Part shown: positions 28,875 to 39,294 of the stretch, one piece after another
How the letters are laid out: every line of letters begins with the position of its first letter
Numbering within the stretch: position 1 is the stretch's first letter
Source: an uncultured delta proteobacterium
Lineage (GTDB): Bacteria > Myxococcota_A > Polyangia > Polyangiales > Polyangiaceae
NCBI GenBank assembly: GCA_963696385.1
Contig: CAVOKF010000005.1
Location: 1,088,001 to 1,152,000 of the forward strand
Direction: 5' to 3'
Length of the DNA stretch: 64,000 nt
Program-made: the position numbers and the translations under genes
Notes under the pieces: generated by a model
Told to the model about the DNA's origin: nothing
The model's database searches: none
The model's input: only the letters and a program-made list of their open reading frames with translations

Positions 28875-30842
28875 TTGGAGAAGAGGCACATTCCGGAGGT
28901 TGGGCACCCTGCGCGACGGTATCCTCCGAAGGTGGGCGGTCCCGCGCGGCTCATTCGCGGCACAGTCGCGGTCGGCGTCTCGGCCGCCGCAATGTCGCTC
29001 TGTCCGTCCCGCGCGCTCGCGCAATCGACCCCCAATGCCGTCACGAACGGCGATGGGTTCGACACGCACCTCTTTCGCCCGGCGATGGACTCGAAGGGGC
29101 TCTTCACCGTCAACGGCACGGACGTGCTCGGAGCAAAGGAGTTCAGCGTCGGTCTCGTCATGGACTACGGGCATGCCCTGCTTCGGACACCCGGAGGCGG
29201 GCAGCTCATCGACCACTCATTTCAAGGAACGCTCCAGGGCAACTACGGCATCCTGAATCAGCTGGTGGTCGGTCTCGATGTGCCCGTCGACCTAGAGTCC
29301 GGCGGCGCGACGACCGATCCCGAATACACGGGCCTGTGGAGCTCCCAGAAGCTCGCATTCCAAGGCATCGGGTACCTCGGCGCGCATGCCAAATGGCGCA
29401 TCACCCGGGTGGAGCGAGGTTTCGGCGTCGCGGTGGGGTTGCAGCTCGGCGTCGGTCTGGGAGACGCCGCGGCAAACGCCGCTGCCGACGCCGGGTTCTT
29501 CTATTGGCCCATGCTGATGCTGGAGAAACGGTTTGGGCGGACGGGCCAGTTTCGGATCGCGCTCAACGGAGGCTATAGGGGGCATTCCGCGAGCACGACG
29601 ACGTTGCCGCTGCGCCACGGCACTTTCTCGGACGGCAGTCTGTTTACCTACGGCGGCGGCCTGAGTTTTCGGGTTCTGGAGTCGGTCGATCTTGTCGCGG
29701 AGACGTACGCCACGGTTCTGCTGGGGGACGCGGATCCAGGCGTCAGGATGAGCAACGAAGTCGTCGGCGGGCTCAAGCTCTTCGTCGAACGCAACTCGTA
29801 CATGATGATCGGTGCCGGCCCACGATACACGAATGGCTTCGAGACGGCCGACCAGCGGGTGTTTCTGGGTTTCGTCTTCGAGCCGTCGATCGGCGATCGC
29901 GACGGTGACGGGATCAAGGACGACGTCGACAAGTGCCCCGACGATCCCGAAGACTTCGACGGTTTCAACGACGAAGACGGCTGCCCGGATCCCGACAACG
30001 ACAATGACGGCATTCCCGACGTGGACGACCGGTGCCCGAACATCCCGGAAGACCGCGACGGCTTTCAGGACGCGGACGGCTGTCCGGAGGGCAAGGACGG
30101 CGATCGCGACGGCGACGGCATCCCGGACTCGAAGGACAAGTGCCCGGACGAACCCGAAGATCGCGACGGCTTCCAGGATGCCGACGGGTGCCCCGATCCG
30201 GACAACGACAACGACGGAATTCCGGACAAGATGGACCAGTGTCCGAATGACCCCGAAGACAAAGACGGATGGCAGGACGCCGATGGCTGCCCGGATCCGG
30301 ACAACGACCACGACGGCATTCCCGACGTGAAGGACAAGTGCCCCAACGAACCCGAGACATACAACGGTTTCGAGGACGAGGACGGATGTCCAGACACGGG
30401 AAGTGTCATTATTCAGGACAACAACATCGTCATCCTCGACAAGATCCAGTTCGCGTACAACTCGGCAGAGATCCTTCCGGCGTCGGACAAGATCCTCGAC
30501 GCCGTCGCGACGACGCTGTCGCACCACCCGGAGTTTGCTCTGATCGAAGTGGCGGGGCACGCCGATGAACGCGGGAGTGACGACTACAACCTGCGGCTCA
30601 CACAAGATCGAGTGAACTCGGTCGTGCGCGCACTCATCGCTCGGGGGCTTGACCACGTACGATTGCGCAGCAAAGGGTACGGCAAGTTCTGCCCTCTGGA
30701 CATGGGGCATAGCGAAGCCGCGTGGGAGCAAAACCGGCGCGTCGAGTTCAAGATCGTCAAGACCCAGGACGGGCCGACGGGTGTCGAACTCGGCTGCCCG
30801 AATGCCACCCAGCACGGCGTCGCTCCCGAACCGGTTCCCTAG
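28875..30842 (+). CDS. OmpA-family outer membrane protein with 5 TSP3-like repeats
   Basis: Signal ending ALA-QS; barrel-like strands; acidic repeats; IEVAGHADERG, YNLRLTQDRV, GYG, NRRVEF. Confidence 0.92.
   Translation: MEKRHIPEVGHPARRYPPKVGGPARLIRGTVAVGVSAAAMSLCPSRALAQSTPNAVTNGDGFDTHLFRPAMDSKGLFTVNGTDVLGAKEFSVGLVMDYGHALLRTPGGGQLIDHSFQGTLQGNYGILNQLVVGLDVPVDLESGGATTDPEYTGLWSSQKLAFQGIGYLGAHAKWRITRVERGFGVAVGLQLGVGLGDAAANAAADAGFFYWPMLMLEKRFGRTGQFRIALNGGYRGHSASTTTLPLRHGTFSDGSLFTYGGGLSFRVLESVDLVAETYATVLLGDADPGVRMSNEVVGGLKLFVERNSYMMIGAGPRYTNGFETADQRVFLGFVFEPSIGDRDGDGIKDDVDKCPDDPEDFDGFNDEDGCPDPDNDNDGIPDVDDRCPNIPEDRDGFQDADGCPEGKDGDRDGDGIPDSKDKCPDEPEDRDGFQDADGCPDPDNDNDGIPDKMDQCPNDPEDKDGWQDADGCPDPDNDHDGIPDVKDKCPNEPETYNGFEDEDGCPDTGSVIIQDNNIVILDKIQFAYNSAEILPASDKILDAVATTLSHHPEFALIEVAGHADERGSDDYNLRLTQDRVNSVVRALIARGLDHVRLRSKGYGKFCPLDMGHSEAAWEQNRRVEFKIVKTQDGPTGVELGCPNATQHGVAPEPVP
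29895..30392 (+). repeat. Five tandem TSP3-like calcium-binding repeats of about 33 aa (coding)
   Basis: DxDxDGIxDxxDxCPxxPEDxDGF/WxDxDGCP repeated five times. Confidence 0.88.
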
Positions 30843-30901
30843 AGCCATTCGAGGGGCCGGCGCCGGCCCGCCTTGCCCCCCGGGCGCCACCGCGACGCGG
30901 C

Positions 30902-32473
30902 TTACTGCCTCCTCTGGGCGAGAACGGCGCGTGCTTGCTGGACACACGCCTTGTCGCCGAGGTCCTTGCACGTGCTGATGAGGAGCCGGACTTCTGCGTC
31001 GGAGGCCTTGCCGCCGTAGACGCGGGCCTCGAGCTCCTGTTTCAAGGCGAGCTTCGAGTCCGGCGTTCCTAGAAGCGCCAGCTGGCGTTCGCGCTCTTCG
31101 ACGCCCCCGGCCCCGGGGCCTGCCGTGGCGGTACTGGCTGCCACTGCCGGAGAGCTGGGCAATGGCGCGGCGACCAGTCCACTCCGCCGGGTTGCGTCGC
31201 TCCGTGTCGCGGCCGCGCTCGCGTCCTGCCGATCGCGGCTCTTCGACGGTGCCGACGAAGCGCGTGACAGATCCAGAGCGTTGGTCGGCTCGGCGCCCGA
31301 ATTCGCGTCGAGTTGCTGCAAGCGGTCTGCGGCCAAACCGCGGTGTGCGGGATCGACCCCGATGCTCTGCGCGACGCGATTGTACAAGTCACGTTTGGCC
31401 GAGATGTTGGCGATCCCGTCCGCTCGGGCGATGATCGACTCGGCCCACCGGCTCTCGACCTCTCTGAATTCCTCCGTATCGCGCCACCGCGACGACTTTG
31501 GAAAAGCGGCGTCGAGCTTCGCGTGCGCGGTTTCGCAGTCTCCCCTGTCGCACTGCTTTCTCGCTTCCGCAAGGACCGCCTGCTCCGGTGACGACGTCGC
31601 GGCGGGCCCCGATGCTCGCATCCGCGGCCGTGTGTAGGCCCAGGCACCCATCGCGCCAGCCGCAACGATCACGGCGAATACGGCGACGGGCAGGCTACGG
31701 TACGGATACCCGGCTCGAGCCGCACTCACCTTGCGGGCGCTGAGCATCGTGAACTCTTGGCCTCCGGCGGGCCTGAATATTTGCCCGGCGCCGACGAACT
31801 TGAATCGAACGTCGCCGAGCTCGATGATGTCGCCCGGCTCCACGATACCGCGGCGAAGATCGGCACCGTTGACGCGCACGCCGTTGCTCGACCCCTTGTC
31901 GACGATCTCGAACCTGCCGTCGCCGAGCGCGTGGACTTCGCAGTGGAGCCGCGACACCGAGTTGTGATTGACCGAGACGGTGGCATCCTCCGCGCGGCCA
32001 ATGGTCATTCTCTCTCGATCGAGCGGGAACTCGGTTCCGGGCGCCGGGCCGGCCAGCATGACCAGGCGATTCGGGCGATCCAGCAAACCAGCCGCTCGCG
32101 ATTGCGGCGCGCTCGGCACCGTTTGCTTCCAGTCCCCCTCCGTGACCGGCTCGGCGTCGTCGGCGAGCGCCTCGTCCTGAACGACGATTCGGTAATCGCC
32201 GACCTGGATCAGGTCGCCGTGCCCGAGATCCTGCGCGTGGGTGATGCGTAGTCCGTTGACGAAAACACCATTGTAACTCGTCCGATCTTCGACCGCGAAA
32301 CGCTCTCGTTCGGGGCTATGCGATTTCTTGTAAATGCGAGCGTGATCGCGCGAGACGTTTCGCTCCGTCAGCCGGATGACGTTTCCTTCGCGACGGCCTA
32401 TCGAATACTCGTCGCGCGTGAGTGTGACGACCGTGCGCTTGCCTTCGTCGTCCTCGATGACCAGCTTCCACAT
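30902..32473 (-). CDS. Double-FHA-domain membrane protein with helical periplasmic C-terminus
   Basis: FHA1 IGRREG...NVSRDHA...SYNGVFVNG; FHA2 IGRAED...SVSRLHC...SSNGVRVNG; TM VAVFAVIVAAGAMGAWAY. Confidence 0.88.
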   Translation of the reverse strand: MWKLVIEDDEGKRTVVTLTRDEYSIGRREGNVIRLTERNVSRDHARIYKKSHSPERERFAVEDRTSYNGVFVNGLRITHAQDLGHGDLIQVGDYRIVVQDEALADDAEPVTEGDWKQTVPSAPQSRAAGLLDRPNRLVMLAGPAPGTEFPLDRERMTIGRAEDATVSVNHNSVSRLHCEVHALGDGRFEIVDKGSSNGVRVNGADLRRGIVEPGDIIELGDVRFKFVGAGQIFRPAGGQEFTMLSARKVSAARAGYPYRSLPVAVFAVIVAAGAMGAWAYTRPRMRASGPAATSSPEQAVLAEARKQCDRGDCETAHAKLDAAFPKSSRWRDTEEFREVESRWAESIIARADGIANISAKRDLYNRVAQSIGVDPAHRGLAADRLQQLDANSGAEPTNALDLSRASSAPSKSRDRQDASAAATRSDATRRSGLVAAPLPSSPAVAASTATAGPGAGGVEERERQLALLGTPDSKLALKQELEARVYGGKASDAEVRLLISTCKDLGDKACVQQARAVLAQRRQ

Positions 32474-32610
32474 GGCGGTCCGCTCGCGCTCACGGTCCGA
32501 TCAGATGAGATCGGGGGAAATGGAATCAGGCGCGGAACTTCCGGCAACGCGTGACGAGCGGCGTGTCAGCAAGTGTAGCGATCTCGCCACGCGGGATGCA
32601 AGCATGGTCG

Positions 32611-33345
32611 CTATTCCACCCGTTGCGGCTCGCCGGCAGGCAAGAGCGCGAGAAACCAGTCGCGAGCCGCCGTGACCCGGGCATGGTCTCGACCGTCGAA
32701 CGTCAGCTTCGTCTTGTATGTCGCATCGAGCCATTTGGGGTAAGAGCCCACGGACACATCGCGAAATTGAGAGACGACTCGATCGAGCAGCGGCTTCAGC
32801 TCGCCCTCATCCATCTTGACGTAAACGGCGCGAGAGACGAACGCCCGACCTCCGCCGAGCTTGGCGACGACGACCGGAAGCTTCATCCGGAACACCTCCG
32901 GGATGCCCGGTAGAAGCCAAGTGTTGCCGAGGCGGATCGTCGGCCACGTGATTCCGGCGGCGACTTCGAGGCTAGCGCCTTCCGGCAAGAGCGCCATCCG
33001 AAGGTGCCCCTCGGTGCACCGCTCCTTATAATGCTCGCGCAGCATCGACTCCATTTCCGCAGATGAGACGACTCGTACACGAAAAGCCTGGGCCACTCCT
33101 TGGATCGTGACGTCGTCGTGCGTTGGACCGATGCCCCCGCTCGTAAATAGCCAGTCATGGGTACGAGAGAGCTCGTCCACCTCGTGCGCAATGGTGTCAA
33201 CATCGTCCATGACGATGACCACGCGGCGCAGAAGGACGCCCAGCGACCGCAAGGTGTCCGCGAGTACGCGAACATTGGCCTCCTCGACTTTTCCCGCGAG
33301 GATCTCGTTGCCGATGACGAGTGCTGCCGCGGTCGGCGGTTCCAT
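32611..33345 (-). CDS. CinA-N / molybdopterin-binding domain protein
   Basis: IGNEILAG, TSGGIGPTHDDVT, LPGIP, VGSYP; no CinA C-terminal domain. Confidence 0.88.
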   Translation of the reverse strand: MEPPTAAALVIGNEILAGKVEEANVRVLADTLRSLGVLLRRVVIVMDDVDTIAHEVDELSRTHDWLFTSGGIGPTHDDVTIQGVAQAFRVRVVSSAEMESMLREHYKERCTEGHLRMALLPEGASLEVAAGITWPTIRLGNTWLLPGIPEVFRMKLPVVVAKLGGGRAFVSRAVYVKMDEGELKPLLDRVVSQFRDVSVGSYPKWLDATYKTKLTFDGRDHARVTAARDWFLALLPAGEPQRVE

Positions 33346-33417
33346 TGCAAGCTCGGTCCCCACGTTACACGGATTCGGCGGTTGTCCCCGGTTCGTAGTA
33401 CCCTAACCCAGGCGTAG

Positions 33418-33843
33418 ATGCGTAAGCTGCTTGTGGTCGAGGATTCCCTTTCGGTGCGCGCATTCGTCCGCGCCGTGGTCGAGGCGCCGGATTTTGCAAC
33501 GCCTCATGGAGGGGTGGAAGTCATCGAAGCAAGCAGCGGCTTCGAAGCGATGCGCCTTCTTCCACGCGGTCCGTACGACCTCATCATCACCGACATCAAC
33601 ATGAGCGACATCAACGGCCTGGAACTCATTCGCTTCATCCGCAACTCCGCCCACCACGCATCGACGCCACTCCTCATCGTATCGACCCAGCGGGCCGAGC
33701 ACGACGTCGCGCGTGGCCTTTCGCTTGGGGCGGACGCATATCTCTCGAAGCCATTCACGCCCGAGCAACTGAGGGCGTCGTGCGAGAGCCTGCTCGAGGA
33801 GCGACATCCGGTTGGAGTTGAGCCGGTCGACTCGGGACGTTGA
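33418..33843 (+). CDS. cheY: Single-domain response regulator, CheY-like
   Basis: LVVEDS, DLIITDINM, STQ, YLSKPF; first gene of the che cluster. Confidence 0.85.
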   Translation: MRKLLVVEDSLSVRAFVRAVVEAPDFATPHGGVEVIEASSGFEAMRLLPRGPYDLIITDINMSDINGLELIRFIRNSAHHASTPLLIVSTQRAEHDVARGLSLGADAYLSKPFTPEQLRASCESLLEERHPVGVEPVDSGR

Positions 33844-33847
33844 TGCC

Positions 33848-36130
33848 ATGGTCGAAGGCGGGGGCGGCGGTCGTGGCGACGCGGTAGACAAAGCCCGCGA
33901 AGAGTTTTTCAGCGAGGCCCAAGAACTCATCGACACGCTAGGGCGCGACTTGCTGCTTCTCGACGCTTCCCTGAAGAAGGGTCGGGTCGAGGCAGAGGTC
34001 ATCAACGACGTATTTCGCGGAGTGCACACGCTCAAGGGGCTGTCCGGCCTCTTCGGAGCGACGCGCATATCGGTGCTTTCGCATCAATTCGAAGACGCAC
34101 TCGACGATTTGCGCCTCGGGCGCATGGAACTGACGACCGCGATTCTCGACTTGTTGTTTCAGGCGGTTGCGCTCTATTCGCGACTGCTCGCCGTCGAGAA
34201 GGGCGACGCGGTGGAGCCAGTCCAGGAGGTCGAAGAGCTCCTTGTTGCGCTCGGTCACATCGCGGCGCCGAGAACGGGGAGTACGGCTGGCGTCGTGGCC
34301 CAATACGATCTCGACCCCGGCCTGTTCGGCGTTCTCACCGAGTACGAAGAGCATCGCCTACGGGCCACGATCCAGCAGGGCCTCAAGCTCTATCGCATAC
34401 GGGTTCGCTTCGCGCTGTCGACCATCGATACGGCACTCGAGGATCTCAAGGCCAAAGCTCGACCGCACGGAGAGATCATCACGTACTTGCCGACGGGGTC
34501 GCCCGTCGACTCCGAAGCGATCGAACTCGAGATTCTGATGGCCAGTCACTCGCGACTCGAGCCGCTGCGCGACGCCGTACAGGGGCCCAACGCGTCGATC
34601 GAAGAAGTTCCGCGTCGACCGACCGCAGCCCCGCAACCACCGGTCGGATCCGTTCAATCCGGCCGCGGCTCCACGGCGGATGGCTCCAAAGCGCCATTCC
34701 AAAAAAACGCCGACGGTGCCATAGCGACCGTCGCCCGCGCGTCCGACGACCCGGACTTGTCGGTTGTCGATCGCCCAGAGCCCGCGTTGACGGGACCCGG
34801 CCTGCGAGGCCAGTCGCGGGCATCGGCGTCCGGCCATGATCCGGCGCCGTCGGCGGGCGAAGTCTCGCTTCGTTCGGTCAGCCAGACGGTTCGGGTCGAT
34901 ATTCGAAAGCTCGATCGGCTCATGACGATCGTCGGCGATCTCGCGATCGTCAGGACAGCCATGGCGAGGTTGACGGAACGCGCGCGCGGCGGAACGACGG
35001 GCCCGCGTGAAATGGCTACCGAGTTGCAGCGACTCAGTCGCACTCTCGAGCGCCACCTGGCTCAAATGCAGGGAGGGATTCTCGAAGTGCGAATGGTCAC
35101 GCTGGGCCAATCTTTCGAAAAGCTGGCCCGCATCGTCCGACAAATTTCGCGCGAACTCGACAAGGAGGTAAACCTCGTCGTCACCGGGGCCGAGACCGAG
35201 ATCGACAAGCTGATCGTCGAAGAGCTCAGCGATCCGCTGATGCACATGATCCGCAACGCGATCGACCACGGAATCGAGCGGCGCGCCGACCGACTCCGGG
35301 TCGGCAAGCCGGCGGTCGGTACCATCGCGTTGAACGCATTCCAGAAGGGCAATCACGTCGTCATCGAGCTCGAGGACGACGGCGCGGGCATGGACTCGAA
35401 CGCGCTCCTCAGCGCCGCGATTCGGAAGGGGATCGTGACCGCGGAGGAAGCTCGGGAGCTGACTGCTCGAGAGGTGTTCGGGCTCGTGTTCATGCCGGGC
35501 TTTACGACGAAGGAAGTCGCGACCGATCTCAGCGGCCGGGGAGTCGGGCTCGACGTCGCCAAGACCAACATCGGGAAGCTCGGAGGCGTGGTCGATATCG
35601 CGAGCGACGTGGGCATCGGCACCAAGATGACGATCACGCTGCCGATTACGTTGGCCATCATCAACGTGCTGCTCGTCGATCTGGCCGGCCAGCTCTTTGG
35701 CATCCCCATTTCGACCGTCGAGGAGGCCATCGCTCTCGAAGAAAAACACGTGCGGGCCATCGAGTCGCGCGAGGTGCTCAGCGTGCGCGGGGCATCGCTG
35801 CCCATTTGCCGCCTCGACCGCCTGTTCGAGTCGAAGAGAGGGCGCCCGGTCGGGCGTTCGTTTGTCGTCATCGTGCGTGTGGCCGAGCGAAGGCTCGGGT
35901 TGGTCGTCGACGCGCTGGTCGGCCAGCAGGACATCGTGATCAAGCCGCTTGGCAAATCGCTGAAGACCGTTCGTGGGTTCGCCGGCGCAACGGAGCTCGG
36001 CGATCAGCGCGTGGCGCTGATCTTGGACGTGGCCGCGCTCATCGAGGAAGTGATCGCGCCGGCCGAGACGCGGTTTCTCGTGGCGGCGGAAGACTCCAGC
36101 CGACGGGCTGCCGGGGTTCGGAGGGCTTGA
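33848..36130 (+). CDS. cheA: Chemotaxis histidine kinase CheA
   Basis: Hpt FRGVHTLKG; TVRVDIRKLD; HMIRNAIDHG; DDGAG; SGRGVGLD; C-terminal CheW-like domain; no fused REC domain. Confidence 0.95.
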   Translation: MVEGGGGGRGDAVDKAREEFFSEAQELIDTLGRDLLLLDASLKKGRVEAEVINDVFRGVHTLKGLSGLFGATRISVLSHQFEDALDDLRLGRMELTTAILDLLFQAVALYSRLLAVEKGDAVEPVQEVEELLVALGHIAAPRTGSTAGVVAQYDLDPGLFGVLTEYEEHRLRATIQQGLKLYRIRVRFALSTIDTALEDLKAKARPHGEIITYLPTGSPVDSEAIELEILMASHSRLEPLRDAVQGPNASIEEVPRRPTAAPQPPVGSVQSGRGSTADGSKAPFQKNADGAIATVARASDDPDLSVVDRPEPALTGPGLRGQSRASASGHDPAPSAGEVSLRSVSQTVRVDIRKLDRLMTIVGDLAIVRTAMARLTERARGGTTGPREMATELQRLSRTLERHLAQMQGGILEVRMVTLGQSFEKLARIVRQISRELDKEVNLVVTGAETEIDKLIVEELSDPLMHMIRNAIDHGIERRADRLRVGKPAVGTIALNAFQKGNHVVIELEDDGAGMDSNALLSAAIRKGIVTAEEARELTAREVFGLVFMPGFTTKEVATDLSGRGVGLDVAKTNIGKLGGVVDIASDVGIGTKMTITLPITLAIINVLLVDLAGQLFGIPISTVEEAIALEEKHVRAIESREVLSVRGASLPICRLDRLFESKRGRPVGRSFVVIVRVAERRLGLVVDALVGQQDIVIKPLGKSLKTVRGFAGATELGDQRVALILDVAALIEEVIAPAETRFLVAAEDSSRRAAGVRRA

Positions 36131-36132
36131 CG

Positions 36133-36621
36133 ATGGTCGATCCGGGACGGGCGAGAAACGACCGGCGGGCGGCTCGCCGCACGGGCAATGCCGGCAAGCG
36201 CACCGAGTATCTGGCGTTTGGCCTCGCGGGAGAGACGTACGCCGTCGAAATCGCGCACGTCGCCGAGATCCTCAAGCCCCCGCCGATCACGGAAGTGCCT
36301 CGCGCCCCGTTCTCCGTGCTCGGCGTCATCGGCGTGCGAGGCAAGCTCGTGACCGTGATGGACTTGCGGCGGCGCTTTCACGTTCCCGAAGCACCCGCCG
36401 ACCGAAAGACGCGCATCCTGCTCGCGGACGTGGGTCGAAGCGAGCAGATCGGACTGTTGGTCGACGAAGTTCACCAAGTCTGGAGGCTGGCCAGCGAGGA
36501 TATCGAGCCCGCTCACATCTTGGGCTCCGATCAACCGGCGCATGTCGCCGGCATCGGCAGGCCACCGGGAGGGGCTTTCCTGCTTCTCATCGACCTTCGC
36601 GCGATCTTCGAGCCGGCGTGA
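36133..36621 (+). CDS. cheW: Chemotaxis coupling protein CheW
   Basis: YLAFGLAGETYA, VPRAP, GVIGVRG, DLRRRF, GLLVDEV. Confidence 0.9.
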   Translation: MVDPGRARNDRRAARRTGNAGKRTEYLAFGLAGETYAVEIAHVAEILKPPPITEVPRAPFSVLGVIGVRGKLVTVMDLRRRFHVPEAPADRKTRILLADVGRSEQIGLLVDEVHQVWRLASEDIEPAHILGSDQPAHVAGIGRPPGGAFLLLIDLRAIFEPA

Positions 36622-36640
36622 AAGAAGGAGCACGGGCATC

Positions 36641-37159
36641 GTGTCGAATCGAAACCGCCATGACCCCTCCAAGAGTCTCGTAGGCTTCGTGGTCGGAGAG
36701 GTCCACTATGCTGTTCCGATTGCGCGCGTGAAGGAGATCGCCAATCCGATGCGGTTGGTGGAGCTCCCTCACGCGCCGGCGGCCGTGATCGGCGTGGCCG
36801 AGTTTCGCAGTGACGTCGTGCCCGTGGTCGATTTGCGCGCTCGTTTTGGGCTCGCGCCCACGGCACGCACGCGAAAGACAAAGTGGATCGTCGTCGACGT
36901 GGCGAACCGAACGGCGGCGCTTGTCGTCGACGCCGTCACCGAAGTGTTCGGAACGAAAGGAACCGAGCTGCAGGCTGCACCGACTCTCGGGGGCGGGGAA
37001 GACGTGCGCGGTATCGCGGGGGTCACGCGCTACGACGGCAGGCTCGTGTTCGTGCTCGACGTCAGTCGACTCCGAGAACTCACGGACTCGCTCGCTGCAT
37101 CGGGGCAGATCGGCCCCGGCGCGCAGTTGTCCGCTCGGCCTCCGGAGCCGTCGGCGTGA
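36641..37159 (+). CDS. cheW: Second CheW
   Basis: LVGFVVGEVHYA, LPHAP, VPVVDLRARFG, LVVDAV; AAGGAG RBS upstream of GTG 36641. Confidence 0.9.
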   Translation: MSNRNRHDPSKSLVGFVVGEVHYAVPIARVKEIANPMRLVELPHAPAAVIGVAEFRSDVVPVVDLRARFGLAPTARTRKTKWIVVDVANRTAALVVDAVTEVFGTKGTELQAAPTLGGGEDVRGIAGVTRYDGRLVFVLDVSRLRELTDSLAASGQIGPGAQLSARPPEPSA

Positions 37160-39294
37160 GCGACGCCGCAGCCGCTGTCCGCTGGTTGTTGGACCAGGCC
37201 GAGCCCGAAGCGCGGCGTGTCGCGGTGCAACAGATTGCCAAGGTCCGCGGGCGCCAGGCCCCGGAGCTCTTGCTTCGCGCGCTTGGCGACGATGACTGGC
37301 GCGTTCGCAAAGAGGGAACCCTGGTCGCGCCTGCCCTCGAGCAGCGCGAAGAGGTCATCGCTTCCTTGGTTGCCGCACTCGAGGAGACCATCAACATCGG
37401 TCTTCGCAACGCCGCGGTCGAAGCGCTCGTCGTCATCGGTCCCGACGCGGTGGGGGCGTCGGTCGATGCGTTGTCCCGGCTGGACGCCGACGCCCGCAAA
37501 CTCATCGTAGAGGTTCTCGGCGGCATTGCCGACGCGCGGGGAACATCGGCGCTGGCGCTCGCGCTGACCGACGACGACGAGAACGTGCGCGTGGCCGCCG
37601 CCGAAGCGCTCGGGACCGCGGCACTGGCCGGAGAGGACTCGCGCGAAAGGGCCATCCGGGCGCTCGCCGATGTGCTCGCCACGAGCAACACGTTCTTGAA
37701 GATTGCCGCGCTCGAATCGCTCGCTCGCTTGGCCGCATGCTTGCCGTGGGGGATCTTCGAACCACTCGCCGCCGACCCGCTGCTCCGTCGATACGCCATC
37801 GCCGCGGCGTCGGCGTCGCGCGAGCCTCCGGCCGTCCGGGCCCTGGCCAAAGCCGTCGGAGACGCTTCGCCCACGATCGCGCGCGATGCATTGGTCGCGC
37901 TCGGCGATCTTCTGGCGGTGGACCCCCACGATGATGCCCTCGTTGGGGCCGCCCGCGAGGCACTCGACGCGGCCGGTCACGAGAACGCCCGTCGCGCGGC
38001 GGGCGATGGAGAAGATCCTCGCGCTCGCGCCGGGGCTTTGCTCGTGCTGGGTCTGCTGAGCGATTCGGCGGACGTACGCTTGCTGGCCGCGGCGCTCGGA
38101 GACGACGACGTCGCCGAGCGCGCGGACATGGCGATTCGGCTATTCGGCCCGGCCGCGATCGCCCCGCTCCTCGACGTGGCACGCGGGTCATCCCCTTCGG
38201 TGCAAGCGGCCATACTCACTCTCGCAGCGTCGTTCGAAGGGGCGAGCGTCTTCGACGTGCGCGCGGCTGTACGCGCAGCGCTTCGATCGACATTCGCCGA
38301 GGTTACGTCGTGTGCGGTCGAGGTGCTCGGCATGGTGGGCGATGCCAGTGATCTTCGTCGTGCCGCGAGGTTCGTCTGGCATCCGGACGAGCGCATCGCC
38401 GCCGCCGCCACCAATGCCGTGTCGGGGCTCGCCGCTCGGCACGTGAGCGCGGCACGCGAGCTTCTGCGCGAGTCGCAACCGCCGAATGACCCGGTGGTGC
38501 TTGCGTGCATTCTGCTCGGCGCGATCGCCACCATCCAGCCGCTTTTGCCGGACGACGTGCGCATCCTGCAGCGCGCACTGTCGCACGACCACCCGCAAGT
38601 CCGGCGCGCGGCCATCGATGCGCTCGCGCAGTCCGGCGGTTCTGCGGCCGCGGACGCCGTGGTCTTCGCTCTTTCCGACGAGGAGCGGGAAGTGAAGCTT
38701 GCGGCCGTCCGGGCGCTGGGACGTCTCGGAAGGGTCGAACCACTGATCGCGGTCATTGCGGACACCCGAGATGCCGTGCTCACCGCGACGGGGCTCCGGG
38801 CGCTCGGGGAGGCGGATCCGCAGCGCGCGGTCGCTGCGGCTCGTCCGCTCGTGCGCCATTCGGACCCCGCCATCGCCTGCGCCGCGGTGGAGGCTATCGG
38901 TGCACTCGAGCGCGCCGACCGGTCTCCCGTGTCGGACGACCAGCCCAATCGCGAACAAGTGCTCTTCGCTGCACTGGATCACGCCGACACGGAGGTGGTC
39001 AAGCTTGCGCTGTCACTCGTGGGGTCGCATCCGGGAGCTCAGGCGCTGGTGCGTCTAGGACTCTGCCTCGACCATCCGTCGCCCGAGATCCGTCGCCACG
39101 CGGCCGAGTTGCTGGCGCAGGACAAGGGGACGGTATCGCAGGGGCTTCTTCGGGTGCGTTACGAGCGCGAGCAGGATCCCATCGTGCGCGAAGCCATCGC
39201 GCTTGCCGTTAGTCTTCGGCCCTCCGGCGACCCTGCCGGCAGCGAGCGCGGGGATTCGGGGGACGATTCACGGGAATTCGAGGCAGGGCAATAG
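37156..39294 (+). CDS. HEAT/PBS-lyase repeat protein
   Basis: Repeated LxDxDxxVRxxAxxAL units (LGDDDWRVR, LTDDDENVRVAAAEALG, LSHDHPQVRRAAIDAL); overlaps both neighbours. Confidence 0.88.
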   Translation: MSDAAAAVRWLLDQAEPEARRVAVQQIAKVRGRQAPELLLRALGDDDWRVRKEGTLVAPALEQREEVIASLVAALEETINIGLRNAAVEALVVIGPDAVGASVDALSRLDADARKLIVEVLGGIADARGTSALALALTDDDENVRVAAAEALGTAALAGEDSRERAIRALADVLATSNTFLKIAALESLARLAACLPWGIFEPLAADPLLRRYAIAAASASREPPAVRALAKAVGDASPTIARDALVALGDLLAVDPHDDALVGAAREALDAAGHENARRAAGDGEDPRARAGALLVLGLLSDSADVRLLAAALGDDDVAERADMAIRLFGPAAIAPLLDVARGSSPSVQAAILTLAASFEGASVFDVRAAVRAALRSTFAEVTSCAVEVLGMVGDASDLRRAARFVWHPDERIAAAATNAVSGLAARHVSAARELLRESQPPNDPVVLACILLGAIATIQPLLPDDVRILQRALSHDHPQVRRAAIDALAQSGGSAAADAVVFALSDEEREVKLAAVRALGRLGRVEPLIAVIADTRDAVLTATGLRALGEADPQRAVAAARPLVRHSDPAIACAAVEAIGALERADRSPVSDDQPNREQVLFAALDHADTEVVKLALSLVGSHPGAQALVRLGLCLDHPSPEIRRHAAELLAQDKGTVSQGLLRVRYEREQDPIVREAIALAVSLRPSGDPAGSERGDSGDDSREFEAGQ

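Noticed and set aside
29895..30392. Periodic DNA repeats as a possible CRISPR array or minisatellite
   Set aside because: In-frame protein repeats with synonymous variation, no identical repeats with unique spacers, no cas genes
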